The notes below the pieces were generated by a model that did no database searches, was not told where the DNA came from, and saw only the letters and a program-made list of their open reading frames with translations. Below are positions 28,198-37,038 of a DNA stretch of 64,000 nucleotides, one piece after another (the first letter of the stretch is position 1; every line of letters starts with the position of its first letter). A program made the translations under genes and the position numbers. The stretch comes from Candidatus Undinarchaeota archaeon (GTDB taxonomy: Archaea; Undinarchaeota; Undinarchaeia; Undinarchaeales; UBA543). Location: the NCBI GenBank assembly GCA_964567575.1, contig CAZMMZ010000002.1:14254-78253 (forward strand), in the 5' to 3' direction.

Positions 28198-28211
28198 TAT
28201 AATATAGTACT

Positions 28212-28832
28212 TTGTCATCTCTTTTTCAAAGAGAATTTAGCTACTTGTGTACTTCTATTTCTTCTCTCTTTTGCGCTGTTTTTTTCCTTTACGTGAGCGT
28301 GGTTTGGGCGTTCCCCCTCCTACAAACCACGTCTCATTCTTTTCCAGTTATAGATTCTCAAGAATCCACTGCAAATGAGGATTTCATTGTAGTTTTCGTA
28401 GATTTTCAAAATAAAAAATCATCAACTGAATTTGCGGATATTCAAAAAATTTTCTCAAGTCAAGAGCCAGGATTTCCCAGCGTCTATAATTATTATAAGG
28501 AATCATCTGAAGGAAAATTCCTTCCCAGATTCCATTTCATTGATGGATGGTACACATCTGAACAAGATATGGAATATTATGGCAATGACGCAAAGAAATC
28601 CAAATCCAATTGCGGAACAGAAACAATAGATTCTGCAAACACTTGCACAGCTGAACTTGTAAAAGAAATTCTTGAACTTCTCTCAATTGTTTGGCTTGCA
28701 AAAATAGTTGCAATTGGTGTATTCGCGTATTTTTTCATTAAACATTTTAAGCTGTTTATGATAGCTGGCGCAGTTATGCTAATAACTTTCCTATTTTTCT
28801 CAGTTCTTTCAGTTGCATTACCAATGTTCTGA
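28212..28832 (+). CDS. Hypothetical membrane protein (N-terminal TM, two C-terminal TM helices)
   Basis: 206 aa. The 5' end of the ORF covers a 9-bp inverted repeat CGTGGTTTG/CAAACCACG at 28299-28333, so the start is uncertain. Confidence 0.3.
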   Translation: MSSLFQREFSYLCTSISSLFCAVFFLYVSVVWAFPLLQTTSHSFPVIDSQESTANEDFIVVFVDFQNKKSSTEFADIQKIFSSQEPGFPSVYNYYKESSEGKFLPRFHFIDGWYTSEQDMEYYGNDAKKSKSNCGTETIDSANTCTAELVKEILELLSIVWLAKIVAIGVFAYFFIKHFKLFMIAGAVMLITFLFFSVLSVALPMF

Positions 28833-28977
28833 GATAAAAAATGCGAGTAGGTTCTTTCTATGTTTTGCATAGTTTGCCATTCTCCTCCTCTCCTGCTCGC
28901 ACTCATTTTTACTACTGGATAAACTCATTCGAGTTAAAAAAACTTTAAAACCCTTCAGCGAGAGCACTATTTTTGTA

Positions 28978-29223
28978 ATGGAAAACAATGCGTTTCTCTT
29001 CGCGAGAATCAATATAAAAAATGAGCAGGAGGTTCTTGAAAAAGTGCAGAAGATAAATGGCGTAGATTACGCCGTTCTCCTCTTTGGTAAGGAAGACCTG
29101 CTCGCCAAACTTTCTGCAAAAAATGTAGATGTTATTTACAAAGAAACTTTGTCAAAGCTCAGAGAAATTCCTGGGCTTGAAGCAACAAAGATATTTCTTT
29201 GCAAAGGAGTAGAAGATGAATAA
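28978..29223 (+). CDS. Stand-alone Lrp/AsnC C-terminal (RAM) domain protein; first gene of the 28978-31800 operon
   Basis: 81 aa. NAFLFARINIK...VDYAVLLFGKEDLLAKL...IPGLEATKIFL fits the RAM beta-alpha-beta-beta-alpha-beta pattern. Confidence 0.5.
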   Translation: MENNAFLFARINIKNEQEVLEKVQKINGVDYAVLLFGKEDLLAKLSAKNVDVIYKETLSKLREIPGLEATKIFLCKGVEDE

Positions 29224-29536
29224 AAAAATTGTAATTGCAATTGTGTTTGCTTGTGTTTTTTTGCTTGTCCAAATCGGAAGTGTTCATGCAATTAAAAAAG
29301 ATCAAAAAGAAGCAGTTGAAGGAATAGAGGATACTATTGGAAATGTAGTAGATCTTATTCAATTAATTGCAGGTTCTATTGGTGCTCTTGTTTTAACAGC
29401 CGGTGGAATTATGTTCATGGTTTCTGGAGAGAGTCCGGAAAAGAAAGATCAAGCAAAACAAATCCTAACAATGGGTGTTATTGGAATGGTGATTATTTTC
29501 GCTGGGCCCTGGATTGCACAATTTATTGTAAGTTAA
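29216..29536 (+). CDS. Small secreted protein with a Sec signal peptide and two hydrophobic helices (VirB2/TrbC/CedA1-like pilin topology)
   Basis: The signal peptide is MNKKIVIAIVFACVFLLVQIGSVHA. The mature protein is about 81 aa, with hydrophobic segments IQLIAGSIGALVLTAGGIMFMV and ILTMGVIGMVIIFAGPWIAQFIV separated by a charged loop. It overlaps the upstream gene by 8 nt. Confidence 0.4.
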   Translation: MNKKIVIAIVFACVFLLVQIGSVHAIKKDQKEAVEGIEDTIGNVVDLIQLIAGSIGALVLTAGGIMFMVSGESPEKKDQAKQILTMGVIGMVIIFAGPWIAQFIVS

Positions 29537-29537
29537 A

Positions 29538-30221
29538 ATGAAGTTGAAAAAGTTTGTAGTAATAGTATTAGCTTTAGTGCTTCTGCAATTACCAATTGTA
29601 TATAGTGCAGAAACAGTTGCAATGCCAGTTGTTTCTGTTGGTGGTGGAGGTGGTGGTTGCAATTGTCCTGATGCAGAAGAAATTGCAGATAAGGTAGTTG
29701 TAAAACTTGAAGAAAAAGATGAAACAAAAAGTCAGGGAAAAGAAAAAATTAAAATTTCTGGAAAAGAGGAAGCGGATTCTGCAACAGAAATAGATAACCT
29801 TGTAAAAAAGGTAGAAACAAAAATATTCAATATTTCTGAATTCACAGGAGATGCGCGTGAGATTATTGCACTCACGCGAGATAAAATGGATACTCCCTTG
29901 GCTGAAGTATACACTAGCGGAGGATTGAGTGTTGCAATGAAACTTCTCAGTCTTATTGGAATAGATACAGATGTGTTAGCGATTAGAGATGTTCCCAAAA
30001 TAATATCTTGTGGTGCGGTTGCAACAGGAGGATTATGGAACTATTTCGCAGAATTACATAATTGCATTTCTAATGTAATTAATACTAAGCTTGAGAAATT
30101 AGAGCCTCAAACTATTGAAGAAAAGAAAAGAGAAATTGCAATAGAATCCGCATTTGAAACATCAAAAATAATTTCAACTGAGCTTGTATCAACTAAAGCA
30201 TCAGAGGCATTTGGGTGGTGA
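29538..30221 (+). CDS. Secreted protein (Sec signal peptide, poly-Gly plus CxC near the N-terminus); unknown
   Basis: The signal peptide is MKLKKFVVIVLALVLLQLPIVYSA. It is followed by GGGGGGCNCP. The protein is 227 aa. Confidence 0.4.
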   Translation: MKLKKFVVIVLALVLLQLPIVYSAETVAMPVVSVGGGGGGCNCPDAEEIADKVVVKLEEKDETKSQGKEKIKISGKEEADSATEIDNLVKKVETKIFNISEFTGDAREIIALTRDKMDTPLAEVYTSGGLSVAMKLLSLIGIDTDVLAIRDVPKIISCGAVATGGLWNYFAELHNCISNVINTKLEKLEPQTIEEKKREIAIESAFETSKIISTELVSTKASEAFGW

Positions 30222-30934
30222 TGATGAACAACACAATACTCGAGTTTTATAAAATGTCACTTTCGCTTGTTTTTATGTTCTTAACTCCAATGTTACTAAT
30301 TTTCGGGATTAGATTGCTGTTATCAAAATGGGGAACACCTGAAAAAAGAACACAGATAAAGGAAACAGTTTCTGGCTTCATTTCATTTCTCATAGCAACA
30401 CCAATTGGAATTTTGATGTATGGATTTCTAATAAAAATTTCTGAAAGCATTTCATTATATTTTGTTGGAGAAAATTTTTCAGTTAATGGGTTAACAAATT
30501 TTTCAAATGCGTTTGCAAAAGTTTTGCAAAGTAAAACAATGATAGCAATTTATAATAAAGCTTCTATTTTTTCAACAATAACCATTTCAATGCAGCGCAT
30601 ATTACTTGTTTTGGGTGCTTTACTGATTCCAGTAACTTTTGCTCTAATTTTTCTTTCAACTTCAAATCAAATTAAAAACTTTGGACAGAGTATGATGATG
30701 TTTTTTGGATTAGTTATTTTTCTTCCAGTTCTTGATTCATTAATTTTTCAATGTGCTGAAATTGCAATCACTCTAAGTACAAGTGCAGAATATATTGTAA
30801 TTGGATCCTATTGGTTAGTTGGTTTCATGAATGTCTTTTTGCTTATCGCAGCTTTCCTAATTTCAAAATCAGGAGCAAATACAATAGTGCAAACAGTTGT
30901 TCAAAAAGTTAAGGAGGTTCGAATTAAAAAATAA
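30215..30934 (+). CDS. Polytopic membrane protein (about 6 TM; VirB6/CedA-like by topology only)
   Basis: 239 aa with repeated long hydrophobic helices. It overlaps the upstream gene by 7 nt. Confidence 0.35.
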   Translation: MVMMNNTILEFYKMSLSLVFMFLTPMLLIFGIRLLLSKWGTPEKRTQIKETVSGFISFLIATPIGILMYGFLIKISESISLYFVGENFSVNGLTNFSNAFAKVLQSKTMIAIYNKASIFSTITISMQRILLVLGALLIPVTFALIFLSTSNQIKNFGQSMMMFFGLVIFLPVLDSLIFQCAEIAITLSTSAEYIVIGSYWLVGFMNVFLLIAAFLISKSGANTIVQTVVQKVKEVRIKK

Positions 30935-31800
30935 TGGCTTATGAAATTCCACAATCCTTGAAATATGAAGAGAAAATAATTTTTGGATTAACAACTCGTC
31001 AATTAGCATATCTCAGCATTTCCTGTTTACCAATTGCAATACTTTTCAAAACAGGACTTCCGTTTGCATTGAAAATTATTTTTTCAGTAATGTGTGTTTC
31101 TATTGGTGGTAGCTTTGCATTTTTGAAACTCGATAAAAAGTTTTTTGAAATCTTTCAATTTTACAAGTCAAATAATCAGCTTGGATTTTTTGATAAAAAA
31201 ATCTCAGAGATAATTGGTGTTAAAAAAGTTGAATGCGATTTGATAATTCTAAATGATAATAGTATTGTTGGGATTTTGCAAGTCATACCAATTAATTTTG
31301 AAACAAAAGCTGAAACTGATCAAAAAGCTATAATAAAAAATTATCAGGAATTTTTGAATTCACTTGATTTTCCAATTCAATTACTTGTGAAAACAGTTAA
31401 TGTAGATATTGATGATTATCTTAAACACCTTCGTACCGAAATTCAAAGAAAAATCAATAGCAAGCGAAGTAAGATGCAAAAGCTGTTTGAGAGCTATGTA
31501 GAGTTTATTGAGGATTACTTGAAAAATAATTCAGTAAAAAACAAATTGTTTTATGTTATTATTCGTGGTGGGCGAATTTCTCGAAATAAAACTGAAAATG
31601 AAAAAATTCTTACAGAAATTGAAAATCGTTTATTAGTTTGCAAAGAAGGTTTATCAAAATGCGGATTGAAAACAAATCGAATAAAAAGCGAAGCACTTGT
31701 TCCATTAATGTTAAGCTTTTTTGGATTTTCAGTAAATATTAAACAAAACTATTCTTCACCATTAACTTTCTCTAGTAACAATAAAACCCACAATCTTTAG
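30934..31800 (+). CDS. Membrane protein with an N-terminal 2-TM VirB3-like segment and a VirB4/TrbE/CagE N-terminal-domain-like region; no P-loop ATPase domain present
   Basis: FGLTTRQLAYLSISCLPIAILF plus a second TM helix, then ECDLIILNDNSIVGILQVIPINFETKAETDQKAIIKNYQEFLNSL resembling the VirB4 N-domain pattern. The ORF ends at 31800, overlapping the convergent idsA. Confidence 0.35.
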   Translation: MAYEIPQSLKYEEKIIFGLTTRQLAYLSISCLPIAILFKTGLPFALKIIFSVMCVSIGGSFAFLKLDKKFFEIFQFYKSNNQLGFFDKKISEIIGVKKVECDLIILNDNSIVGILQVIPINFETKAETDQKAIIKNYQEFLNSLDFPIQLLVKTVNVDIDDYLKHLRTEIQRKINSKRSKMQKLFESYVEFIEDYLKNNSVKNKLFYVIIRGGRISRNKTENEKILTEIENRLLVCKEGLSKCGLKTNRIKSEALVPLMLSFFGFSVNIKQNYSSPLTFSSNNKTHNL

Positions 31801-32730
31801 AATTTCGTTTTTGGCTTCTGAGTCTGGAAGTATATCTAATTCTTTTTTTGATTCTTCTATTAATCTTGTAGCTTCTGTTTTTGCAAATTCAATTGATCCG
31901 GTTTTATCTAAAAGTTGAATTGCATTGTTTATCATTTCCTCTGTTGTTTCTTCTACAGATGTTTCTAAAATTTTCACAAGTTCTGCTTTATCAGTTTCTT
32001 CTAAATGTTGCAGTGCATGGCAAACAATACTTGTCTTTTTCCCTTTCTTTATGTCAGAGCCGCGAGTCTTTCCGGTTTTGTTTGATGCAAAGTCAATATA
32101 ATCATCCCAAATCTGATATGCTAATCCTAGTTTTATTCCTGCAGAATAAATCTTTTCTTGAGTTTGTTTATCTGCATTAGCTATCATTGCTCCTAGTTTC
32201 AAAGATGTTGCAATATGCACTCCAGTTTTTAGTATTGACATTTGATTATAATCTTCAATTGTTAGCGAATCTTTTTTCTCAAATAATACATCCCACGCTT
32301 GCCCTTCACACATATTTATAATTCCATTTGAAAAAACTTTAAAAACTTCTTGGTAATTTTCTCCAGTATATCTTAAAAGTGCTTCTATACTCTTTGCAAA
32401 AATTCCATCTCCAACATCTATTGCAAGTGCTTCACCTTGAGTTTTCCATAACGTTGGTTTGCCTCTTCGTAATTCATCTTGATCCATTATATCGTCGTGT
32501 ACTAAACTCATTGCTTGTATAAGTTCAACTGCTGCTGCTACTGGAACTGCGGTTTCTACATTTCCTCCTAGTGCTTCGCACACAAGTAAACAAAAAATAG
32601 GACGTATTCTTTTTCCTCCTGTTAAAACTTGTTCATTCATTGAATTGTAAAACTCAGAAGGATCTTTTTTTGGTAGAAGTTTTTCTAGTTCAATATCTAC
32701 AAGTTGTTTGCATTGTTCTGTTGTTGTCAT
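31762..32730 (-). CDS. idsA: Polyprenyl (geranylgeranyl) diphosphate synthase
   Basis: 322 aa with an FARM (LVHDDIMDQDELRRGKPT) and a SARM (IWDDYIDF). Confidence 0.85.
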   Translation of the reverse strand: MTTTEQCKQLVDIELEKLLPKKDPSEFYNSMNEQVLTGGKRIRPIFCLLVCEALGGNVETAVPVAAAVELIQAMSLVHDDIMDQDELRRGKPTLWKTQGEALAIDVGDGIFAKSIEALLRYTGENYQEVFKVFSNGIINMCEGQAWDVLFEKKDSLTIEDYNQMSILKTGVHIATSLKLGAMIANADKQTQEKIYSAGIKLGLAYQIWDDYIDFASNKTGKTRGSDIKKGKKTSIVCHALQHLEETDKAELVKILETSVEETTEEMINNAIQLLDKTGSIEFAKTEATRLIEESKKELDILPDSEAKNEILKIVGFIVTRES

Positions 32731-32766
32731 TGCTATTCTGTATGGTGTTCTTGTTCAAATAATTTC

Positions 32767-34563
32767 CTAATCAACAGTCAAAGTCTTGCTTAAGTTTCTT
32801 GGAAAATCAGGATTCAAATCAAGATTCTTGCTTGCATAATAAGAAACCAATTGCGCTGAAACAGTTGCTAAAATAGGAAATATTGTTTGTGAGGTTTTTG
32901 GAATTTTTACATAGCTTTCTGCATACTTCTGCAGAACATCATTATCTTCTGCAATCAGTAATACTTTCCCGTGCCTGCATGCAACTTCATTAATGTGGCT
33001 AATCATCATGTCAACATTATCTGGTGCAGTAATGAATGCAACTGGATAATCTTTCTCAACTGCACTAAGTGGGCCGTGTTTGAATTCCGAACTGAAAATT
33101 CCTTCGCAGTGCATGTATGTGATTTCCTTGAGTTTGAGTGCACCTTCTTTTGCAATTGGGTGTGTGATTCCATACCCAAGATAATAAAGTTCTTTCCAAC
33201 CTTTGATATGCCCTGCTAATTCTTTGCATTGCTCATCTGTTTCATCAATTGTTTTTTGAATAAGGTCAGGAAGTTCTGAAAGCCCTGCAGTGTCTTTTCC
33301 ACCTTCGCGCATTGCAAGATAAAGGAACATTATTGCTTGATTCAAAAAAGTTTTTGTTGCAGGAACTGAAATTTCATATCCACATGCAATTGGTAAATAA
33401 ACATCTGCGATGTTCATTAAAGTTGATCCAAGAACATTCATCATTCCTAAAACTTTGCATCCTTTTTCCTTTGCAAATTTCAAAGCATCTAGGACATCTT
33501 TTGTTTCTCCGCTCTGACTTACAAAAACAATTACATCTTCAGGTGTTAATGTGTTTCCGTATTCTTCAGTGAATTGCTGAGGCAATGATGGGATAGCACG
33601 ACGCTTTGCGATTTTATTAAAATAATATGATCCTAAAATACAAGCGTGATGACTTGTTCCACATCCAACAAAATAAAGTTCTCTTGCATTTTTTATTTCT
33701 TCAACAAATGGTTCAACAAATTTTGAATCATTAAGTAAATCAATTAAATCCCGAGCTGCATTTGGTTGCTCGTGGATTTCTTTTAACATAAAATGTTCAT
33801 ATCCTCCTTTCTGCGCAGATTCCATACTTTCTGTATGCTCAACAGTTTCTCGCTCAACTTTTGATCCATCCTCTACTCTGTAAAATTCTGCTTTTCCTGG
33901 TTCAATAACTGCAATGTCTCCATCTTCCATATGGATTATTTTATTTGTAAGTGGTAATATTGATGGAACATCTGAAGAGCAGTATGATTCTTTTTCAGTA
34001 ACTGCAACAACAAGTCCGGATCCTTTCTTAATTGCATAAAGTTTGTTCTCAGTTTTGTTCAAAAAAATAAGTGCATAATCTCCTTTGAATTCTTTGTAAG
34101 CAAGTTGTATGCTTTTCAGCATATCATTTCCTTGTCTCATATATTTTGCAACAACATGCACACAAACTTCCCCGTCATTTGTACTTTCAATTGTGTGTCC
34201 TTCTTTTTCAAGAAGTTCTTGTAATTGTATTGTATTTACAACGTTTCCATTCTCTGCACCAACAATTTCTTTTTTGCAATCCATAAATGGTTGCGCATTT
34301 ACTTGTGCAGGAGCTCCAAAAGTAGCCCATCGCAATTGAATTATGCCTCGCTTGCCTGTTAATTCAGAAAGATTTAGCTTATCATCAACTTCTTCAACTT
34401 TTCCAATATCTTTTCTAAGATCAATAGTTTCTCCAGAAATTGTAGCAGCCCCAACTGAATCATAACCTCGATAAGAAAGTCTTTTTCCTCCCTCAACAAG
34501 CATTGAGCCAAGTTGCTTCTCTTCTTCTGAAACTATTCCAAATATGCCACACATATTATTCAA
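32767..34563 (-). CDS. glmS: Glutamine--fructose-6-phosphate aminotransferase
   Basis: 598 aa. The N-terminal MCGIFGIV marks the Ntn amidotransferase domain. Two SIS domains and a ...TLTVD-like C-terminus follow. Confidence 0.9.
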   Translation of the reverse strand: MNNMCGIFGIVSEEEKQLGSMLVEGGKRLSYRGYDSVGAATISGETIDLRKDIGKVEEVDDKLNLSELTGKRGIIQLRWATFGAPAQVNAQPFMDCKKEIVGAENGNVVNTIQLQELLEKEGHTIESTNDGEVCVHVVAKYMRQGNDMLKSIQLAYKEFKGDYALIFLNKTENKLYAIKKGSGLVVAVTEKESYCSSDVPSILPLTNKIIHMEDGDIAVIEPGKAEFYRVEDGSKVERETVEHTESMESAQKGGYEHFMLKEIHEQPNAARDLIDLLNDSKFVEPFVEEIKNARELYFVGCGTSHHACILGSYYFNKIAKRRAIPSLPQQFTEEYGNTLTPEDVIVFVSQSGETKDVLDALKFAKEKGCKVLGMMNVLGSTLMNIADVYLPIACGYEISVPATKTFLNQAIMFLYLAMREGGKDTAGLSELPDLIQKTIDETDEQCKELAGHIKGWKELYYLGYGITHPIAKEGALKLKEITYMHCEGIFSSEFKHGPLSAVEKDYPVAFITAPDNVDMMISHINEVACRHGKVLLIAEDNDVLQKYAESYVKIPKTSQTIFPILATVSAQLVSYYASKNLDLNPDFPRNLSKTLTVD

Positions 34564-34637
34564 GTTCCAGTATAACGTATATAATCTTTACTAAAATATT
34601 TATACTACTACTTTAAACTTATTTTTAGTGGTATACT

Positions 34638-35549
34638 ATGCAAATTGTAATTAGAGAAGGAAAAAAAGTAAAATCTGTTTCTGCAAAAGAGATAGGCGGC
34701 GCCCAAATTAAGAGTCTTAGCTCTGACTTGGCCCAACAGGTATTAAAAATTCTTTCAAAGGGGGAGAGTTATCCAAAGGAGATTGCAAAGAATTTGAAAA
34801 TGCATGAGCAAAAAGTGTATTATCATATTCGTAATTTGGAAAAAGCTGGCATCATTAAAGTTATTCGCGAGGAAACTCGACAAGGTGCAACTGCAAAATA
34901 CTATGCTCTTTGTGATTCAGCCTTTGTAATGCGTTATCAAGATTTCCAAGATGCTAAAAAAATTGCTGAAGATACTATAGATTTGCAACCATTTGTTTCA
35001 AATGGTGAGCTTCACTCTACAATCGTTATCGGTAGCCCGTTTTCGCACGGGCCAGAACGCTCGCAATCAAGAGATGGTTATTACGGAGTTGATCTTGCGC
35101 TTTTCTTAGGAACTTTCTTAACACATTTACCAGATTCAAAAGTTCGAATGGATACTGAAATGAAGGCAGAAGACCTAAAAGAAAATTTAATTTTGCTGGG
35201 TGGACCTGCTGTTAACAAAATTTTGGAAAGAGTGAACAGTAAATTGCCAATACGTTTTGTAAAAGATAAGAAATGGTACATTTATTCAAGGTATTCAAAA
35301 AAGAAATACACAGCTGATGAATGCGGAATGATTGTTGAAGCCGAGAATCCGTTTGCAAAAGGAAAACGATTGCTTATAATTGCTGGAATTCGATATTCTG
35401 GGACAAAAGCTGCGGTTCTTGCTCTAATAAAAGGCTTTGACAAATTTGTTAAGGGAAATAAATATAATAAAAAAGCAAAAGCTAGTGTTGTTGAAGGTTT
35501 TGATGCGGATTCAGATGGAATTTTAGATACTGTGGAGTTTTCAGAGTAA
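34638..35549 (+). CDS. wHTH (ArsR-like) regulator fused to an uncharacterised ~200 aa domain, ending in a canonical EF-hand loop
   Basis: The HTH is LAQQVLKILSKGESYPKEIAKNLKMHEQKVYYHIRNLEKAGIIKV. The C-terminal DADSDGILDTVE matches the 12-residue EF-hand consensus (D1, D3, D5, G6, I8, E12). Confidence 0.5.
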   Translation: MQIVIREGKKVKSVSAKEIGGAQIKSLSSDLAQQVLKILSKGESYPKEIAKNLKMHEQKVYYHIRNLEKAGIIKVIREETRQGATAKYYALCDSAFVMRYQDFQDAKKIAEDTIDLQPFVSNGELHSTIVIGSPFSHGPERSQSRDGYYGVDLALFLGTFLTHLPDSKVRMDTEMKAEDLKENLILLGGPAVNKILERVNSKLPIRFVKDKKWYIYSRYSKKKYTADECGMIVEAENPFAKGKRLLIIAGIRYSGTKAAVLALIKGFDKFVKGNKYNKKAKASVVEGFDADSDGILDTVEFSE

Positions 35550-36301
35550 TGGAATTAATTGATGTACATTCACACATCTCTGCAAGACAATTTGACAATG
35601 ATAGAGAGGGTGTAGTGCAACACTCGCTTGATAGCGGTTTATTAATGATTCTTGATTCTGGAGAAACTTTAAAAGAAAATGAAAAGTCTTTGGATATTTC
35701 AGAGAAATTTGCAGGTGTGAAATCCTGCGCAGGGTTCAGTCCTAAGAATATCAAAGCATTAGATGCAAAACTTGTTCTATCTTATATTCGTGCAAATGCA
35801 GATAAGTTTGTTGCAATCGGAGAAGTTGGTTTAGATTACTGGTACATTAAAGAACATGCTGATCGCGAAAAGCAAAAGAAAATATTTGTTGATTTTATTG
35901 AACTTGCAGTTGAATTAGATAAGCCGCTTGTTATTCATTCTCGTTCTGCTGGGAAATATGCAATTGATTTGTTAATTGCAAATAATGCAACGCGTGTTTG
36001 CATGCATGCATTCGATGGTTCTACAAAAAGCGCGCAAGCAGGAGTTGATGCAGGATTTTTCTTTTCAATTCCACCTAGTGTAACTCATTCTGAACAAAAA
36101 AGAAAACTTGTTGAGAAGCTTCCAATTGAGAATATACTACTTGAAAGTGATGCGCCTGCTCTTGGTCCTGAGAAAGGAAAGAAAAACACACCTAAAAACA
36201 TTGTTATTTCTCTTGAGGAAATTGCAAAAATTAAACAATTGGATAAATCCGAAGTTGCAAGAGTAACAACTGAGAATGCACGAAATTTGTTCAAATTGTA
36301 G
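35549..36301 (+). CDS. tatD: TatD-family metal-dependent deoxyribonuclease
   Basis: 250 aa. It has the N-terminal IDVHSHI, the GEVGLDY and IHSR motifs, and an ESDAP motif. Confidence 0.85.
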   Translation: MELIDVHSHISARQFDNDREGVVQHSLDSGLLMILDSGETLKENEKSLDISEKFAGVKSCAGFSPKNIKALDAKLVLSYIRANADKFVAIGEVGLDYWYIKEHADREKQKKIFVDFIELAVELDKPLVIHSRSAGKYAIDLLIANNATRVCMHAFDGSTKSAQAGVDAGFFFSIPPSVTHSEQKRKLVEKLPIENILLESDAPALGPEKGKKNTPKNIVISLEEIAKIKQLDKSEVARVTTENARNLFKL

Positions 36302-36363
36302 TACTGACATATGTCAGTAAAGCTTAAATACTGGTTTATTCACGTTTCTGTTGAAGTGAAGCT

Positions 36364-37038
36364 ATGAAGAAACAAAATCTAATAATCATTGTTTTGATGA
36401 TAGTTATACCTCTGACTCTGTTCTTTTTGTCAGACTCGATATTAGCTGATGGTTTTGAATCTGAATCACCAACAGGTTTTGTTACATTTGAAACTGTAGA
36501 ATCTGAATGGGATTCATATGAGTACGGTTTTTTTGATACAAAAGCAGGTGCATGTAATCCTGAATATTTTTCATCTTCACCGAGAATGAATTCTTTTGAA
36601 TTAACTCCAGATATTGCAGAACTTTCAAATTATCTAACAGCTGATGTAACTACAGATCTTGACAAAGCTTACAAGCTTTTCGAATATACATCGCTTGATA
36701 TCCTTTATGTTACTTATTCAAATGATTGGAGAACTCCAACTGAAGTTCTTGAAACAATGGATGGAGATTGCACAGACAAATCAATTGTTCTTGTTTCTCT
36801 TTTAGAAGAAGCAGGAATTGAAGCGTATGTTGTTTATGGTGGAGAAAACGAACTTTCTTATCAGCATGCTTGGGTTGTTGCAAACATCAATGGCGAATGG
36901 TTTGAAATGGATGCAACTTCAGAAGACTTTTATTCTGTTTACAAGTGCAAGCAGAATAAAGATTGTATTCATGAGAAATATTACAATGAAGTGCTTGGTG
37001 TTTTTGGTCCAGACATTGCTTTGAAATGTGCAAATTAG
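36364..37038 (+). CDS. Secreted or membrane-anchored transglutaminase-like cysteine protease-fold protein
   Basis: The N-terminus has a signal or anchor. The core GDCTDKSIVLVSLLEEAGIEAYVV...HAWV...EMDAT gives the Cys-His-Asp layout. Confidence 0.6.
   Translation: MKKQNLIIIVLMIVIPLTLFFLSDSILADGFESESPTGFVTFETVESEWDSYEYGFFDTKAGACNPEYFSSSPRMNSFELTPDIAELSNYLTADVTTDLDKAYKLFEYTSLDILYVTYSNDWRTPTEVLETMDGDCTDKSIVLVSLLEEAGIEAYVVYGGENELSYQHAWVVANINGEWFEMDATSEDFYSVYKCKQNKDCIHEKYYNEVLGVFGPDIALKCAN

Noticed and set aside
28577-28906. 109-aa minus-strand ORF antisense to the 28212-28832 gene and the intergenic hairpins
   Set aside because: It has no motif. It overlaps a better-supported plus-strand gene and an intergenic structured region, so it is likely spurious.
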